From Patescibacteria group bacterium (GTDB lineage: Bacteria > Patescibacteriota > Minisyncoccia > UBA6257 > 2-01-FULL-56-20): a DNA stretch of 43,690 bases. Each line of letters opens with the position of its first letter. Position 1 is the stretch's first letter. Below are positions 35,796-43,690 of this stretch, piece after piece. The notes under the pieces were generated by a model, which was given only the letters and a program-made list of their open reading frames with translations, was not told the origin of the DNA and ran no database searches. The position numbers and the translations under genes are program-made. The stretch spans positions 1,358 to 45,047 of the forward strand of contig JBBTUL010000005.1 of NCBI GenBank assembly GCA_038063755.1, in the 5' to 3' direction.

Positions 35796-36935
35796 TTACC
35801 CCAGCAAAGAGTCAAGCATTCTGTGGGTTGTTCTCTCAGCGGCCCTCAGGGTTTCGGTAAGGCTGCCTGGAGAAAAACTATATTTGCTCGCCGCAAGCGC
35901 CGGAGATGGCGGAACGTGCGTAACTACGATCCGCGGGAATCTTACGGGACGCGCGTCTCCACAACGGAGCGCCTCGACTTCTTTTCTCAATCGAATGGTC
36001 TCGGCGAGACGAGTCGCGCTCTTGATACTTAAATACTCCTCAAATTCATGCTGCATAAGCAGGTAGTGATTTATGAAATGATCAGCAAATGGAAAATGTC
36101 GCAACATAAATCCGATGAACCTTTGCACGCGACCCGGAAGCACGCTTACGAGCGACGCCTCTTCCGCACCCCCCTGCACGCTTTCGGGATAGCAAAGAAA
36201 AACAAGAATTGTATCGGGTGGATCCTCTTGAAGAAGAATTGGCTCCAGATCAATAATAAATCCGTCCGCAAACTTTCTGCCATTGATCTCGACCGGCGGA
36301 AATGCCGGCTCGATGCTCGCGGAAGCAACCGTAAACTCGATTACGTCCTCGCGCCTTCCGCCTTCAGCCGGGTTGAATATTTTATCACGAAACGAAATCA
36401 ATCGATGAGCACCTCTGTTTTTCTTGTGCTCATAGACTCCAACCATCACGTGAACTCCGTCCTGTCTCGTCGCTCGCCGAGGATCAATATCCTCGAGGAG
36501 CCAACGAAGCGAGGCATTACTCACCATTCCATGAGAATTCCAAATCCTCAAACCCTTCCACCACCTCTTGAGTTCCGCCGGAGCAAATCCCGACGGGAAA
36601 AGACTTGGAAAGATCGTTCCCGACCCTCCCTTTTCGACTTGATCCCATTTTCTGATAACGATTCCGAGCGCCTTCCACAGATCTCCGACGGTCCGTGCTC
36701 CGGCAAATGCCGCGACCTGGAGCGCTGAAACAGAAACACCAGATATCGATTTTGGGAAAACTCCCCTCTTAAAGAGGGCTCTTAAAACACCCGCAAAAGC
36801 AACTCCTTTGAATACTCCCCCCGAAAAGGCGAAATGAATCCGTCCGAGCTTCGGATGTGGCCCGATCCGTTCGGGCCTGAAGTCATCCCCTGCGACTCCC
36901 AGATCAGGACAAAGCCTAGATTCAGGATCTGGCAC
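35796..36935 (-). CDS. Patatin-like phospholipase with variant motifs
   Basis: FSGGVFKG glycine-rich loop, GVSVS nucleophile elbow, ASASIEPAFPPV and ADGF; AGGAGG SD with GTG start. Confidence 0.8.
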   Translation of the reverse strand: MPDPESRLCPDLGVAGDDFRPERIGPHPKLGRIHFAFSGGVFKGVAFAGVLRALFKRGVFPKSISGVSVSALQVAAFAGARTVGDLWKALGIVIRKWDQVEKGGSGTIFPSLFPSGFAPAELKRWWKGLRIWNSHGMVSNASLRWLLEDIDPRRATRQDGVHVMVGVYEHKKNRGAHRLISFRDKIFNPAEGGRREDVIEFTVASASIEPAFPPVEINGRKFADGFIIDLEPILLQEDPPDTILVFLCYPESVQGGAEEASLVSVLPGRVQRFIGFMLRHFPFADHFINHYLLMQHEFEEYLSIKSATRLAETIRLRKEVEALRCGDARPVRFPRIVVTHVPPSPALAASKYSFSPGSLTETLRAAERTTHRMLDSLLG

Positions 36936-37037
36936 CTCTGCCTCCTAGCGCCAAAATTTCGAGAAGCTATTTATATTAAACTCTTCTCTCAAGAAAAAGG
37001 TCAAATCAAAAAACGCCACGTGTCGCAAGTAGAAGAT

Positions 37038-39218
37038 TTATTCTTCTTGTAGCGGAAAGGAAAGACCAAGTCGCTCGAGAAGCGCTGTTAATCGGTCGAG
37101 GTAAGACGAAATGGCGCTCCTCTCTCCTGCGCCATATCGCTCTCGAAGCGCAGCCGATCGCTGTGTTGTTGTTGCGGTTGTTGTCCCACCAGTCGAACTA
37201 GTTGTCACGGCGCGAAGTTTGTACATATACAGATGCCCCCAGATGGTGCCGACGATCATATTGCCGTTCGGAGCGATCTCGATCGCTGAGGCTCTGTCTG
37301 CAAACGAGACGCCTTCCGTGACTCCGGGTCCTGTCGTCACGGGGAGGTGAAACGATGCTATCTCGGCGGTTCCCTTCCAAACACGCACACCGCAAGAAAC
37401 ATATGCGTCTGCCACCCCTGGGGTGGACGCGATGGGAGGGAGATTGCACGCGGCGTATGCGATATAGTCGCCCATGAGGGCGAGATTGGGGATATTCTTC
37501 GCGCCCTCTATCCTTCCTGTGTCCATCGAACGAACGAGTGTGAGACCGTTCGAACCCGCTTCATATACCACGGTCTTTCCTCCGACGTTAAACGCGATCC
37601 GGTTCGGGTTGGCAGAATCCTTCGTGTAAGGACCGTATTCTTGCTGAAGGCCCGGCAGCTGCTGCACTTCTTCGAGCGTGTTGTCTCCACGCAGACGATA
37701 TACCCTCACAGCTCTCGCGGCAGACGCAGAGGGGTTTCCTGACAGGTCCTGTGCCTGGCGAGCGATGAGATAATCTCCTACGCCCGCGATGGGAACCACT
37801 TCCGGAAGGGTAACGGGCGGTACCCCGGAGAGAGCGGTAGAGGGAGGGGGACACACATACGGATTGCTCCATTCGCGGACCACTCCGAAACTCCCTGCGG
37901 TTTGGATGACGTTTGAATAGCGGTGACGGGGCCTCACGGTTCCCACCGCGGTGCCGCATCCCGTCACGAAGGAAGACCCCTCGAACTTGTTCTTCACTCC
38001 TATGATCTTCCCGCCCACCACGACGTTGTTCCCGATCTGAAAATTCCCCTTGTCGCCTTCCTCCCAGTCCCAACGGAGGTTGCCGGTGTACGGCTTCCCC
38101 ACAAGATTGATCTTCGTTGGAGTGATCTCATATTGCAGGGGCGGACGGGAGTTAAAACCGTGTGAGGCATCGAGTTGATCGTTCATTTCCCGCAATATCT
38201 GGTTCGAGCTCACGACGGAGAGCCCGACCGGGATCTCACACGCGCCTCCTTCATTGCAGTAGAGGGGCAGGTTGCCCGGATTCCCCGCGCCCGGGATATC
38301 TCCGTCGTGGCACACGTTCCGTTTCCCCACAAATGTTCCGTCTGAACGGAATGCATAGAGCCCTCCTTGGAGATCGATGTTGTTTAATGCTCCCTGTGCG
38401 TTTATTTTCTCTATGTTGCCGTTAACCGCGGGGCTGCATGTGCCCGCCACCACAAAGTACCCGCCCGAAAGATACTCGGCGTTGTGGAACGGGGTGGTCT
38501 GGGAGTACCACAGGAATGGAATGTCACCGATGTTGTAGATCTCGCGGACGAGCGTCACTCCGGGGGCGACTGTGTCGTCCTCCGAAACCGGGAGGATCGC
38601 CACGGTTTGGGTTATCCCTCGGTATGTCGCGGTGATCGTTGCGGTGGGGTTGTTCGTGAGGGCGCGGAACACTCCCGGGGAGACCATCTGCAGGACGCTC
38701 GCGTTCGAAGTAGACCATGTTGCCTGGCTTGTGACGCCCGCGAACTGGGGAGGGCAATTGGAGGTCGGACACGTCCTCCCCTCGCTGTACTGCGCGCTTA
38801 TGGTCGCCGTCTCTCCCTTCTTCAAGTTACGCTTGCTGGAGACCAACTTAAAACCGGGACCCAGAATCGTCCCCTGCACAGTGATGATCGCAGTCGCGGT
38901 TTGTCCCTGATATCGCGCTTGTACATATACCTCACCGCCGTAGAGCAGTCGAAACTGGCCGGGGCCGAGAAGATCTCCGCGCCTCGGATCGTTCGTGAAG
39001 GCGCCGGAGATGCTCCAGGTCGCCTGGCTTGTGACATCAGTCCCGTTATAGAGCGCGCGGAACTGCGCTGTGGTGTTGATCGGGAACGTTCCTCCATTCG
39101 GGTCGATCGCGAGAGGGGAACCTTGCGCGCCTGAAGGCAAGATCACGATCGCAGTAGCCGCAACAGCAGATACGAACACCAGCGTAGCGACAAATACATG
39201 GCGCATGTTTAGATTCAT
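37038..39218 (-). CDS. Large secreted/surface protein: two Ig-like (Big_2-like) repeats, beta-rich body, Thr-rich linker, helical tail
   Basis: Signal/anchor sequence; repeated VTSQATWS motif; paralog of 39348-41552. Confidence 0.8.
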   Translation of the reverse strand: MNLNMRHVFVATLVFVSAVAATAIVILPSGAQGSPLAIDPNGGTFPINTTAQFRALYNGTDVTSQATWSISGAFTNDPRRGDLLGPGQFRLLYGGEVYVQARYQGQTATAIITVQGTILGPGFKLVSSKRNLKKGETATISAQYSEGRTCPTSNCPPQFAGVTSQATWSTSNASVLQMVSPGVFRALTNNPTATITATYRGITQTVAILPVSEDDTVAPGVTLVREIYNIGDIPFLWYSQTTPFHNAEYLSGGYFVVAGTCSPAVNGNIEKINAQGALNNIDLQGGLYAFRSDGTFVGKRNVCHDGDIPGAGNPGNLPLYCNEGGACEIPVGLSVVSSNQILREMNDQLDASHGFNSRPPLQYEITPTKINLVGKPYTGNLRWDWEEGDKGNFQIGNNVVVGGKIIGVKNKFEGSSFVTGCGTAVGTVRPRHRYSNVIQTAGSFGVVREWSNPYVCPPPSTALSGVPPVTLPEVVPIAGVGDYLIARQAQDLSGNPSASAARAVRVYRLRGDNTLEEVQQLPGLQQEYGPYTKDSANPNRIAFNVGGKTVVYEAGSNGLTLVRSMDTGRIEGAKNIPNLALMGDYIAYAACNLPPIASTPGVADAYVSCGVRVWKGTAEIASFHLPVTTGPGVTEGVSFADRASAIEIAPNGNMIVGTIWGHLYMYKLRAVTTSSTGGTTTATTTQRSAALRERYGAGERSAISSYLDRLTALLERLGLSFPLQEE

Positions 39219-39347
39219 GGCTTCTATTATACCACCCTCTGCTTGGTCAAGCAGGTGCTAGTATTGCCATTCGATCCCGCAACGGAAAGGGTGAAAGTGA
39301 TGTCGTGGGAAATATGAAAAAAATATCTGCCGCGGGAAGCAGGGCCC

Positions 39348-41552
39348 TTATCGCCCTTGCGGCGGAAGAGAGACGCCAAGACGCTCAAGAAGTGCCGTCA
39401 GTCGATCAAGATAAGACGAGATGGCGTTTCGCTCTCCTGTGCTATACCGCTCGCGAAATGTAGCTGATCGCTGTGTTGTCGTTGCCGTAGTCCCACCAGT
39501 CGAACCAGTCGTCGCGGCGCGGAGCTTGTAGAGGTAAATGTATTGGGCGTACCTTAGTGGAGCGAATTCGGATGCCACGTCAGTAGCCAAGAAATCTTGG
39601 GTACCAACCATGATAGTGCCGTTCGGGGAAATGCCGACGCCCTGGATGAGTTGACTTTCCCCATACTGGTTCTTTGGGATCGGCTGGACATTCAATTTGT
39701 TGCCGTTTTTGGTGACCACCAATTCGCACACCCTGATGATCTGGCCGTAGTGCCAAAAGGTGGGTGTAAGATCGGAACCACCAGCGCATTTGGTATACGC
39801 AAAATATTCCCCGGCCAAAGACACGTTGGAGGTTGGTCCAGTCATACGGACATACATCGATTCAAGACCGGAGATCTCTTTTTCCAGCACGAGTCCGTTC
39901 GAGCCAGCTTTATAGATCCGGCCGCGATACGGCCCGCCCCGGGTCGGATCATCCGCGAAGATGACCACTATCCTTTTCGGGTCCAAGACATCCAACGAGT
40001 ACGCAGCCACTTGCCCAAACCCCTCTATCGTCTGGACCAGCTTCGGTTCTTCCCCGGCGAGCAGGGCCGTGGCCGAAGGCATTCGATAAACGAGTACTTT
40101 CCCGCGCGAAGCAGCACTAAAATACAAATCCTCGGTGGCCAGAAAGTACTCCCCGACCCCGACAATGGGGCGGTATTTGTTTTTGTATAGCGGCGGTGCG
40201 CCGCTGCACGCTCCGGCTGGGTCAAGACAGGGAAACGGCCCGTCGGTGCGAAACTCCGCTATCTCCCGAATCTTTGGAATAGCATAAACCTTGTTGGTAT
40301 CCCCTTTTTTGTCACGATCGAATGATAATTTATTGCTGACATACGTCTCTTTGCCTTCGTAGACAGTCTCGCCGTCGATTAGCACACCATTCGAGTAAGC
40401 CATGTTGGCCGCGCCGTAGATGTCTCCCTCTTCGTCCGGCCATCCGCCGCCTGGGTCGCCCTGTCTGGCAACAAACAAGCGATCTATCATGTCTATCCCC
40501 GTCTTGGATACTTTGTAGGTGATCCAAGGACGTTCGCGACTGATGACGAATCCGAGTTCCCGAACCAGGGCTCCGGATCCGATATCGACCATCTCCGGAT
40601 AAGCGTGGCATCCCGTATCGTGCTTGCATACGCGGGGTTTGCGTCCGGCAGTGGCATCTAGGCAGGCATCCCTTTTGGAAAGGTATTTGCCATCGTCGGT
40701 AAAAAGATACATACCTCCTCCGCCCCAGTTGCTGTTAACCATGGAACAATTCCCGGCGACCACGAAATATCTTCCGCCGTCCGTACCCTTCATGGAAACA
40801 ACTCCGTTGAACATGCTGTAGTTCTGGTGATGGCTCATCTGAACCTGCCTAGAGCCGAAAACGGGTTCGGGGCTGGTTAGCGACACATCGTATTGTCCGG
40901 TATCCGCCGCAGTGACTATAATCGTGGCGCTCTGCGTAATGCCCTTGTAAGTCGCCGTGACCACCGCACTGCCGCTATCAGCTATGGCCTTGAAAGTTCC
41001 GGGCGAGGTCATGCTCAAGACTTTTGGGTCTGAGATGGACCAGGTTGCCGCGGTAGCCACTCCATCAATCCTGGACTGACAGTCGCTCGTCGGACATACT
41101 TTCCCTTCTTGGTACCTTAGATCCGCGGCCACGGACTCACCTTTCTTGAGATTGCCCTTGGACAGATTCAAGATAAGCTGCTCATAAATAATCATTCCGG
41201 TGACGGTAACCGGCTTATCGACATGGTAGCCTTGGTACGAAACCGAGATGAGTGCGCCGCCCCATCGGTCGCCGACACCGAAAAGTCCGGGTCCCAGAAG
41301 GCGGACCCGTCGGGCCTCCTCGGACGTAAGTCCACCGCTGTTCCACTGTGCTTGCCCGGTGACATCCTGACCGTTGAAACGCGCGGTAAACTGCACAGTG
41401 TCGCTCGTACCTAAACGCAGAGTTCCGGATTCAGGCGTCACCACCAGCGGACTGCTCTGGGCCTCGGCCAGCCGATCGACAAAAGGAACGACAACGACCG
41501 AGGCCAGCATGGTTGCTATTAGCAAAAGGGTTGTCCTACGAGATCTACTCAT
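39348..41552 (-). CDS. Large secreted/surface protein, paralog of 37038-39218
   Basis: Start reassigned to ATG 41552 (TATGAT 7 nt upstream, signal peptide follows); the longer track ORF runs into tRNA-like sequence. Confidence 0.8.
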   Translation of the reverse strand: MSRSRRTTLLLIATMLASVVVVPFVDRLAEAQSSPLVVTPESGTLRLGTSDTVQFTARFNGQDVTGQAQWNSGGLTSEEARRVRLLGPGLFGVGDRWGGALISVSYQGYHVDKPVTVTGMIIYEQLILNLSKGNLKKGESVAADLRYQEGKVCPTSDCQSRIDGVATAATWSISDPKVLSMTSPGTFKAIADSGSAVVTATYKGITQSATIIVTAADTGQYDVSLTSPEPVFGSRQVQMSHHQNYSMFNGVVSMKGTDGGRYFVVAGNCSMVNSNWGGGGMYLFTDDGKYLSKRDACLDATAGRKPRVCKHDTGCHAYPEMVDIGSGALVRELGFVISRERPWITYKVSKTGIDMIDRLFVARQGDPGGGWPDEEGDIYGAANMAYSNGVLIDGETVYEGKETYVSNKLSFDRDKKGDTNKVYAIPKIREIAEFRTDGPFPCLDPAGACSGAPPLYKNKYRPIVGVGEYFLATEDLYFSAASRGKVLVYRMPSATALLAGEEPKLVQTIEGFGQVAAYSLDVLDPKRIVVIFADDPTRGGPYRGRIYKAGSNGLVLEKEISGLESMYVRMTGPTSNVSLAGEYFAYTKCAGGSDLTPTFWHYGQIIRVCELVVTKNGNKLNVQPIPKNQYGESQLIQGVGISPNGTIMVGTQDFLATDVASEFAPLRYAQYIYLYKLRAATTGSTGGTTATTTQRSATFRERYSTGERNAISSYLDRLTALLERLGVSLPPQGR

Positions 41553-41654
41553 TGTACAAATCATACCATGAGGCATGGCCCGCATATCAGACACAAAGAT
41601 TCTTTTCCCTTTCCTTTTATTAACATAAGCAAACAAAGACACGCGCAACAAATG

Positions 41655-41880
41655 TACCCCCGGCAGGAATCGAACCCGCATCAAGGCCCTAGAAGAGCCC
41701 TGCGTCATTTACCCCGCCCGAAATGCCCTCCTTGTTTTGCGTCCCCGCGAGGAATCGGACCTCGATCTGCTCCTTAGAAGGGAGCCGTTCTATCCGTTGA
41801 ACTACGGGGACATTTAGTGCGGGGTCTATTGATCCCGAACCATAGCCTTGCAAATGGTCCAGGGACGTGGCTACGGGGGC
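41655..41880 (-). other. Outer split tRNA-Arg(TCT)-like gene enclosing the inner tRNA
   Basis: 5' piece GCCCCCG-TA-GC (41870-41880) pairs with the acceptor strand of the 3' piece GC-A-GGGCT-CTTCTAG-GGCCT-TGAT-GCGGG-TTCGATT-CCTGC-CGGGGGT-A (41655-41703). Confidence 0.7.
41740..41811 (-). tRNA. tRNA-Arg(TCT), atypical T-loop TCCGATT
   Basis: GTCCCCG/CGGGGAC acceptor stem, GTTC/GAAC D-stem and GCTCC-CTTCTAA-GGAGC anticodon arm. Confidence 0.9.
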
Positions 41881-41936
41881 ATCCACTCTTCGGCTTTGAT
41901 TCTATGTGAAATTTAAGATACTTTAAAGGGTGTCAA

Positions 41937-42007
41937 CGGGCTGTCGTATACCGGTAGTACGCGTGCTTTGGGAGCACGTAGACTGGGTTCAATTCCCAGC
42001 AGCCCGA
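41937..42007 (+). tRNA. tRNA-Pro(TGG)
   Basis: CGGGCTG/CAGCCCG acceptor stem, CGTGC-TTTGGGA-GCACG anticodon arm, TTCAATT T-loop. Confidence 0.95.
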
Positions 42008-42132
42008 CATTAGAAGTTGGCTTGTCGAGCAAAGCGAGATTAGCAACTCTTATGTCCCGACTCCGGTCGGGACCAGAGAAAATCTTCGAGCGCAGCGAGT
42101 TAGAGCTTCTTATGCCCCGACAGACGTCGGGG
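42008..42132 (+). repeat. tRNA-trailer two-hairpin element (copies 2 and 3, tandem)
   Basis: Two ~60-bp units of AGAA...TCGAGC..AGCGAG.TAG...TCTTATGYCCCGAC....GTCGGG. Confidence 0.72.
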
Positions 42133-42336
42133 CTTGTCAGGAGTTATCCATAACCACCGCAGCTCAGAAAGCGCAGGCGGGACAGACCAATCCCCCGCCG
42201 AAGGCGGGGCAGCCAAACATCGTCATCCCAACCCGCAGAGTGTAGGCGCTCACTTTTCTAAAAATAATCTAGCAGGCCAGTATCTTTTGCCTTTGCTATT
42301 TTGGGCAAGCTTTTATATTGTGCTTATAAGACAAAC

Positions 42337-43452
42337 ATGATCGAGCACGAACCCCAAGAAACAAAAGATGCTCGTTTTGAGCGAGTCGCAGAAGAAATTA
42401 GGGGTGCCGGTTATCGCCTGCACGCCAAGCGGCACGACGTAGGCGGCGAAGATCCGAAAATCTATCACACATCGGAACATCCTCGCGCGCTTGATGCTCG
42501 TTCGGAAGAAATGATGGAAACGCTCGGCACCTCTCCGCGAGAGCGGTCGCTTGTCCGAATGGCAATTGCCTGGCACGACACCACGATACAATACGACCTC
42601 TCGGACCAGGAAAACTCGCTCGCAACCATCCGCCGGCATAGAGGGGCAAGAATCGGAGACACGCCCGATGGCGAAAACGGGAACGAAGGGCAAAGCGCGC
42701 GCGATCTCGAAAAAGAAATGCGCGAGGCAAATGCCGCTTCTCAAGAAGAAGTTTTCTCCGAAGAAGATATTCGCACCGCAATGTGGGCAATAGAAGCGAC
42801 ATACCCCGACGCAAAGCTCGGAAAAGATTTTCGCGGAATGCCGTTTAAAGAATATCCATACTACGAAGTTGCCGTCCAAAGAAATCCGGAAATCAAAGTT
42901 TTCTTGGAGAAGCTTGAAGCGGACGGCATCGACAAAGGGCCGCTCTTTCTCCAGCCGCATCTCGAAGAGCCGCTCGAAGCCGGCCTCAAGGTTCCGAAAG
43001 AAGTGCTTATTGTCGCGCTCGCCGATCTCGGGGCCGCTGGCACAGAAGAGTACCCCACCTTCGCAAAAGAAGGAGACCAAGAAATGCGCGAGCTTTACGC
43101 GAACCTTAGAAATCCATCCGTTTTCTCGGAACTTACAAGCGCCGACGGAGAAGCCGGACAAAAAAACAGAGAAGCGGCCGCAAAAGCGTTTCTGGGCTGG
43201 CTAGAAAGTCAGTCGGCGTTTGCAGTGTTCCAGGCTCTCCGCTTCGAAAAAGTAATTCACCTCTTGCGAAAAAATGAAGAGATCACGGAAGAGCAAGAGC
43301 TGGGACTGCGCAAGCAATTCTCTCATTTTGAAGAAAACGCGAAGATCGCCGCCCAACGGAGCAAAGAGCTAAAGGCTGAATATGAAGAAAAGAGAATGTC
43401 CCTGGGAGAAAAAGCTGCGTTTTCTCGTCTCGCGCAAGAACTTGGCTATTAA
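42337..43452 (+). CDS. HD-domain-like metal-dependent hydrolase, acidic
   Basis: YHTSEH...AIAWHDT...ALADLG pattern. Confidence 0.6.
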   Translation: MIEHEPQETKDARFERVAEEIRGAGYRLHAKRHDVGGEDPKIYHTSEHPRALDARSEEMMETLGTSPRERSLVRMAIAWHDTTIQYDLSDQENSLATIRRHRGARIGDTPDGENGNEGQSARDLEKEMREANAASQEEVFSEEDIRTAMWAIEATYPDAKLGKDFRGMPFKEYPYYEVAVQRNPEIKVFLEKLEADGIDKGPLFLQPHLEEPLEAGLKVPKEVLIVALADLGAAGTEEYPTFAKEGDQEMRELYANLRNPSVFSELTSADGEAGQKNREAAAKAFLGWLESQSAFAVFQALRFEKVIHLLRKNEEITEEQELGLRKQFSHFEENAKIAAQRSKELKAEYEEKRMSLGEKAAFSRLAQELGY

Positions 43453-43490
43453 CTATTTACTTACGGCCAACCGTCTTTTATTGTGAAACC

Positions 43491-43690
43491 ATGAAGATCG
43501 GCGAGCCACAACCAAAACTGGAGACTGCCGCGCAAGATAGCTTGCCGGAGCAAGCACCCGCCAAGAATGTTCCCGCGAGCTGGATACCGGACAAGAAGTT
43601 CGTTTTAGAAAACAAAGTGGGGCTCGACTCAGTAAAGCATGCGGCCCTCAAAATAAAACAATATTTCTGGGGCTTAAGCGAAAAAGAATC
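43491..43690 (+). CDS. Hypothetical protein (5' part only)
   Basis: ATG 43491 opens a frame that stays open to the window end (MKIGEPQPKLE...). Confidence 0.5.
   Translation, partial: MKIGEPQPKLETAAQDSLPEQAPAKNVPASWIPDKKFVLENKVGLDSVKHAALKIKQYFWGLSEKE

Noticed and set aside
41553-41886. N-terminal extension of the 786-aa ORF and the 65-aa ORF at 41689-41886
   Set aside because: Both read through tRNA or tRNA-like sequence; the real start is probably 41552.
42008-42132. CRISPR array
   Set aside because: Only two degenerate units, no repeat-spacer periodicity and no cas genes.

Overview
This is a bacterial chromosomal segment, most likely from a Patescibacteria/CPR (Parcubacteria-like) genome. 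That assignment is an inference from the tandem VirB2/TrbC-like pilin array, the rpsO-NYN-pnp arrangement, the short S1 protein, tRNA genes without encoded CCA and near-leaderless core genes. The housekeeping backbone is clpB (partial), a cysteine desulfurase, an RNase H-like exonuclease, a phosphomannomutase, dUTPase, dCMP deaminase, ftsK, a RodZ-like HTH protein, recA, pnp, an NYN nuclease, rpsO, a Xer recombinase, gyrA and rpsA, plus tRNA-Leu, -Phe, -Arg and -Pro. Between these sit stand-alone orphan gene cassettes with their own promoter, Shine-Dalgarno and terminator, several of them diverged paralog sets. The most unusual signals are non-coding: (1) a complete tRNA-Arg(TCT) nested inside the D-arm position of a second, split tRNA-Arg(TCT)-like gene, with a complementary stem flanking the inner copy (41655-41880); (2) a ~370-nt highly structured transcription unit bounded by a consensus sigma70 promoter and a terminator, which I cannot assign to a known RNA class (4647-5024); (3) a ~60-bp two-hairpin element just downstream of tRNA-Phe and tRNA-Pro. 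Other points of interest are a dUTPase beside a catalytically degenerate paralog, a pilin fused to an M15-like peptidase, and two large surface proteins sharing a near-identical C-terminal tail. All calls are by eye; no database searches or folding programs were run.
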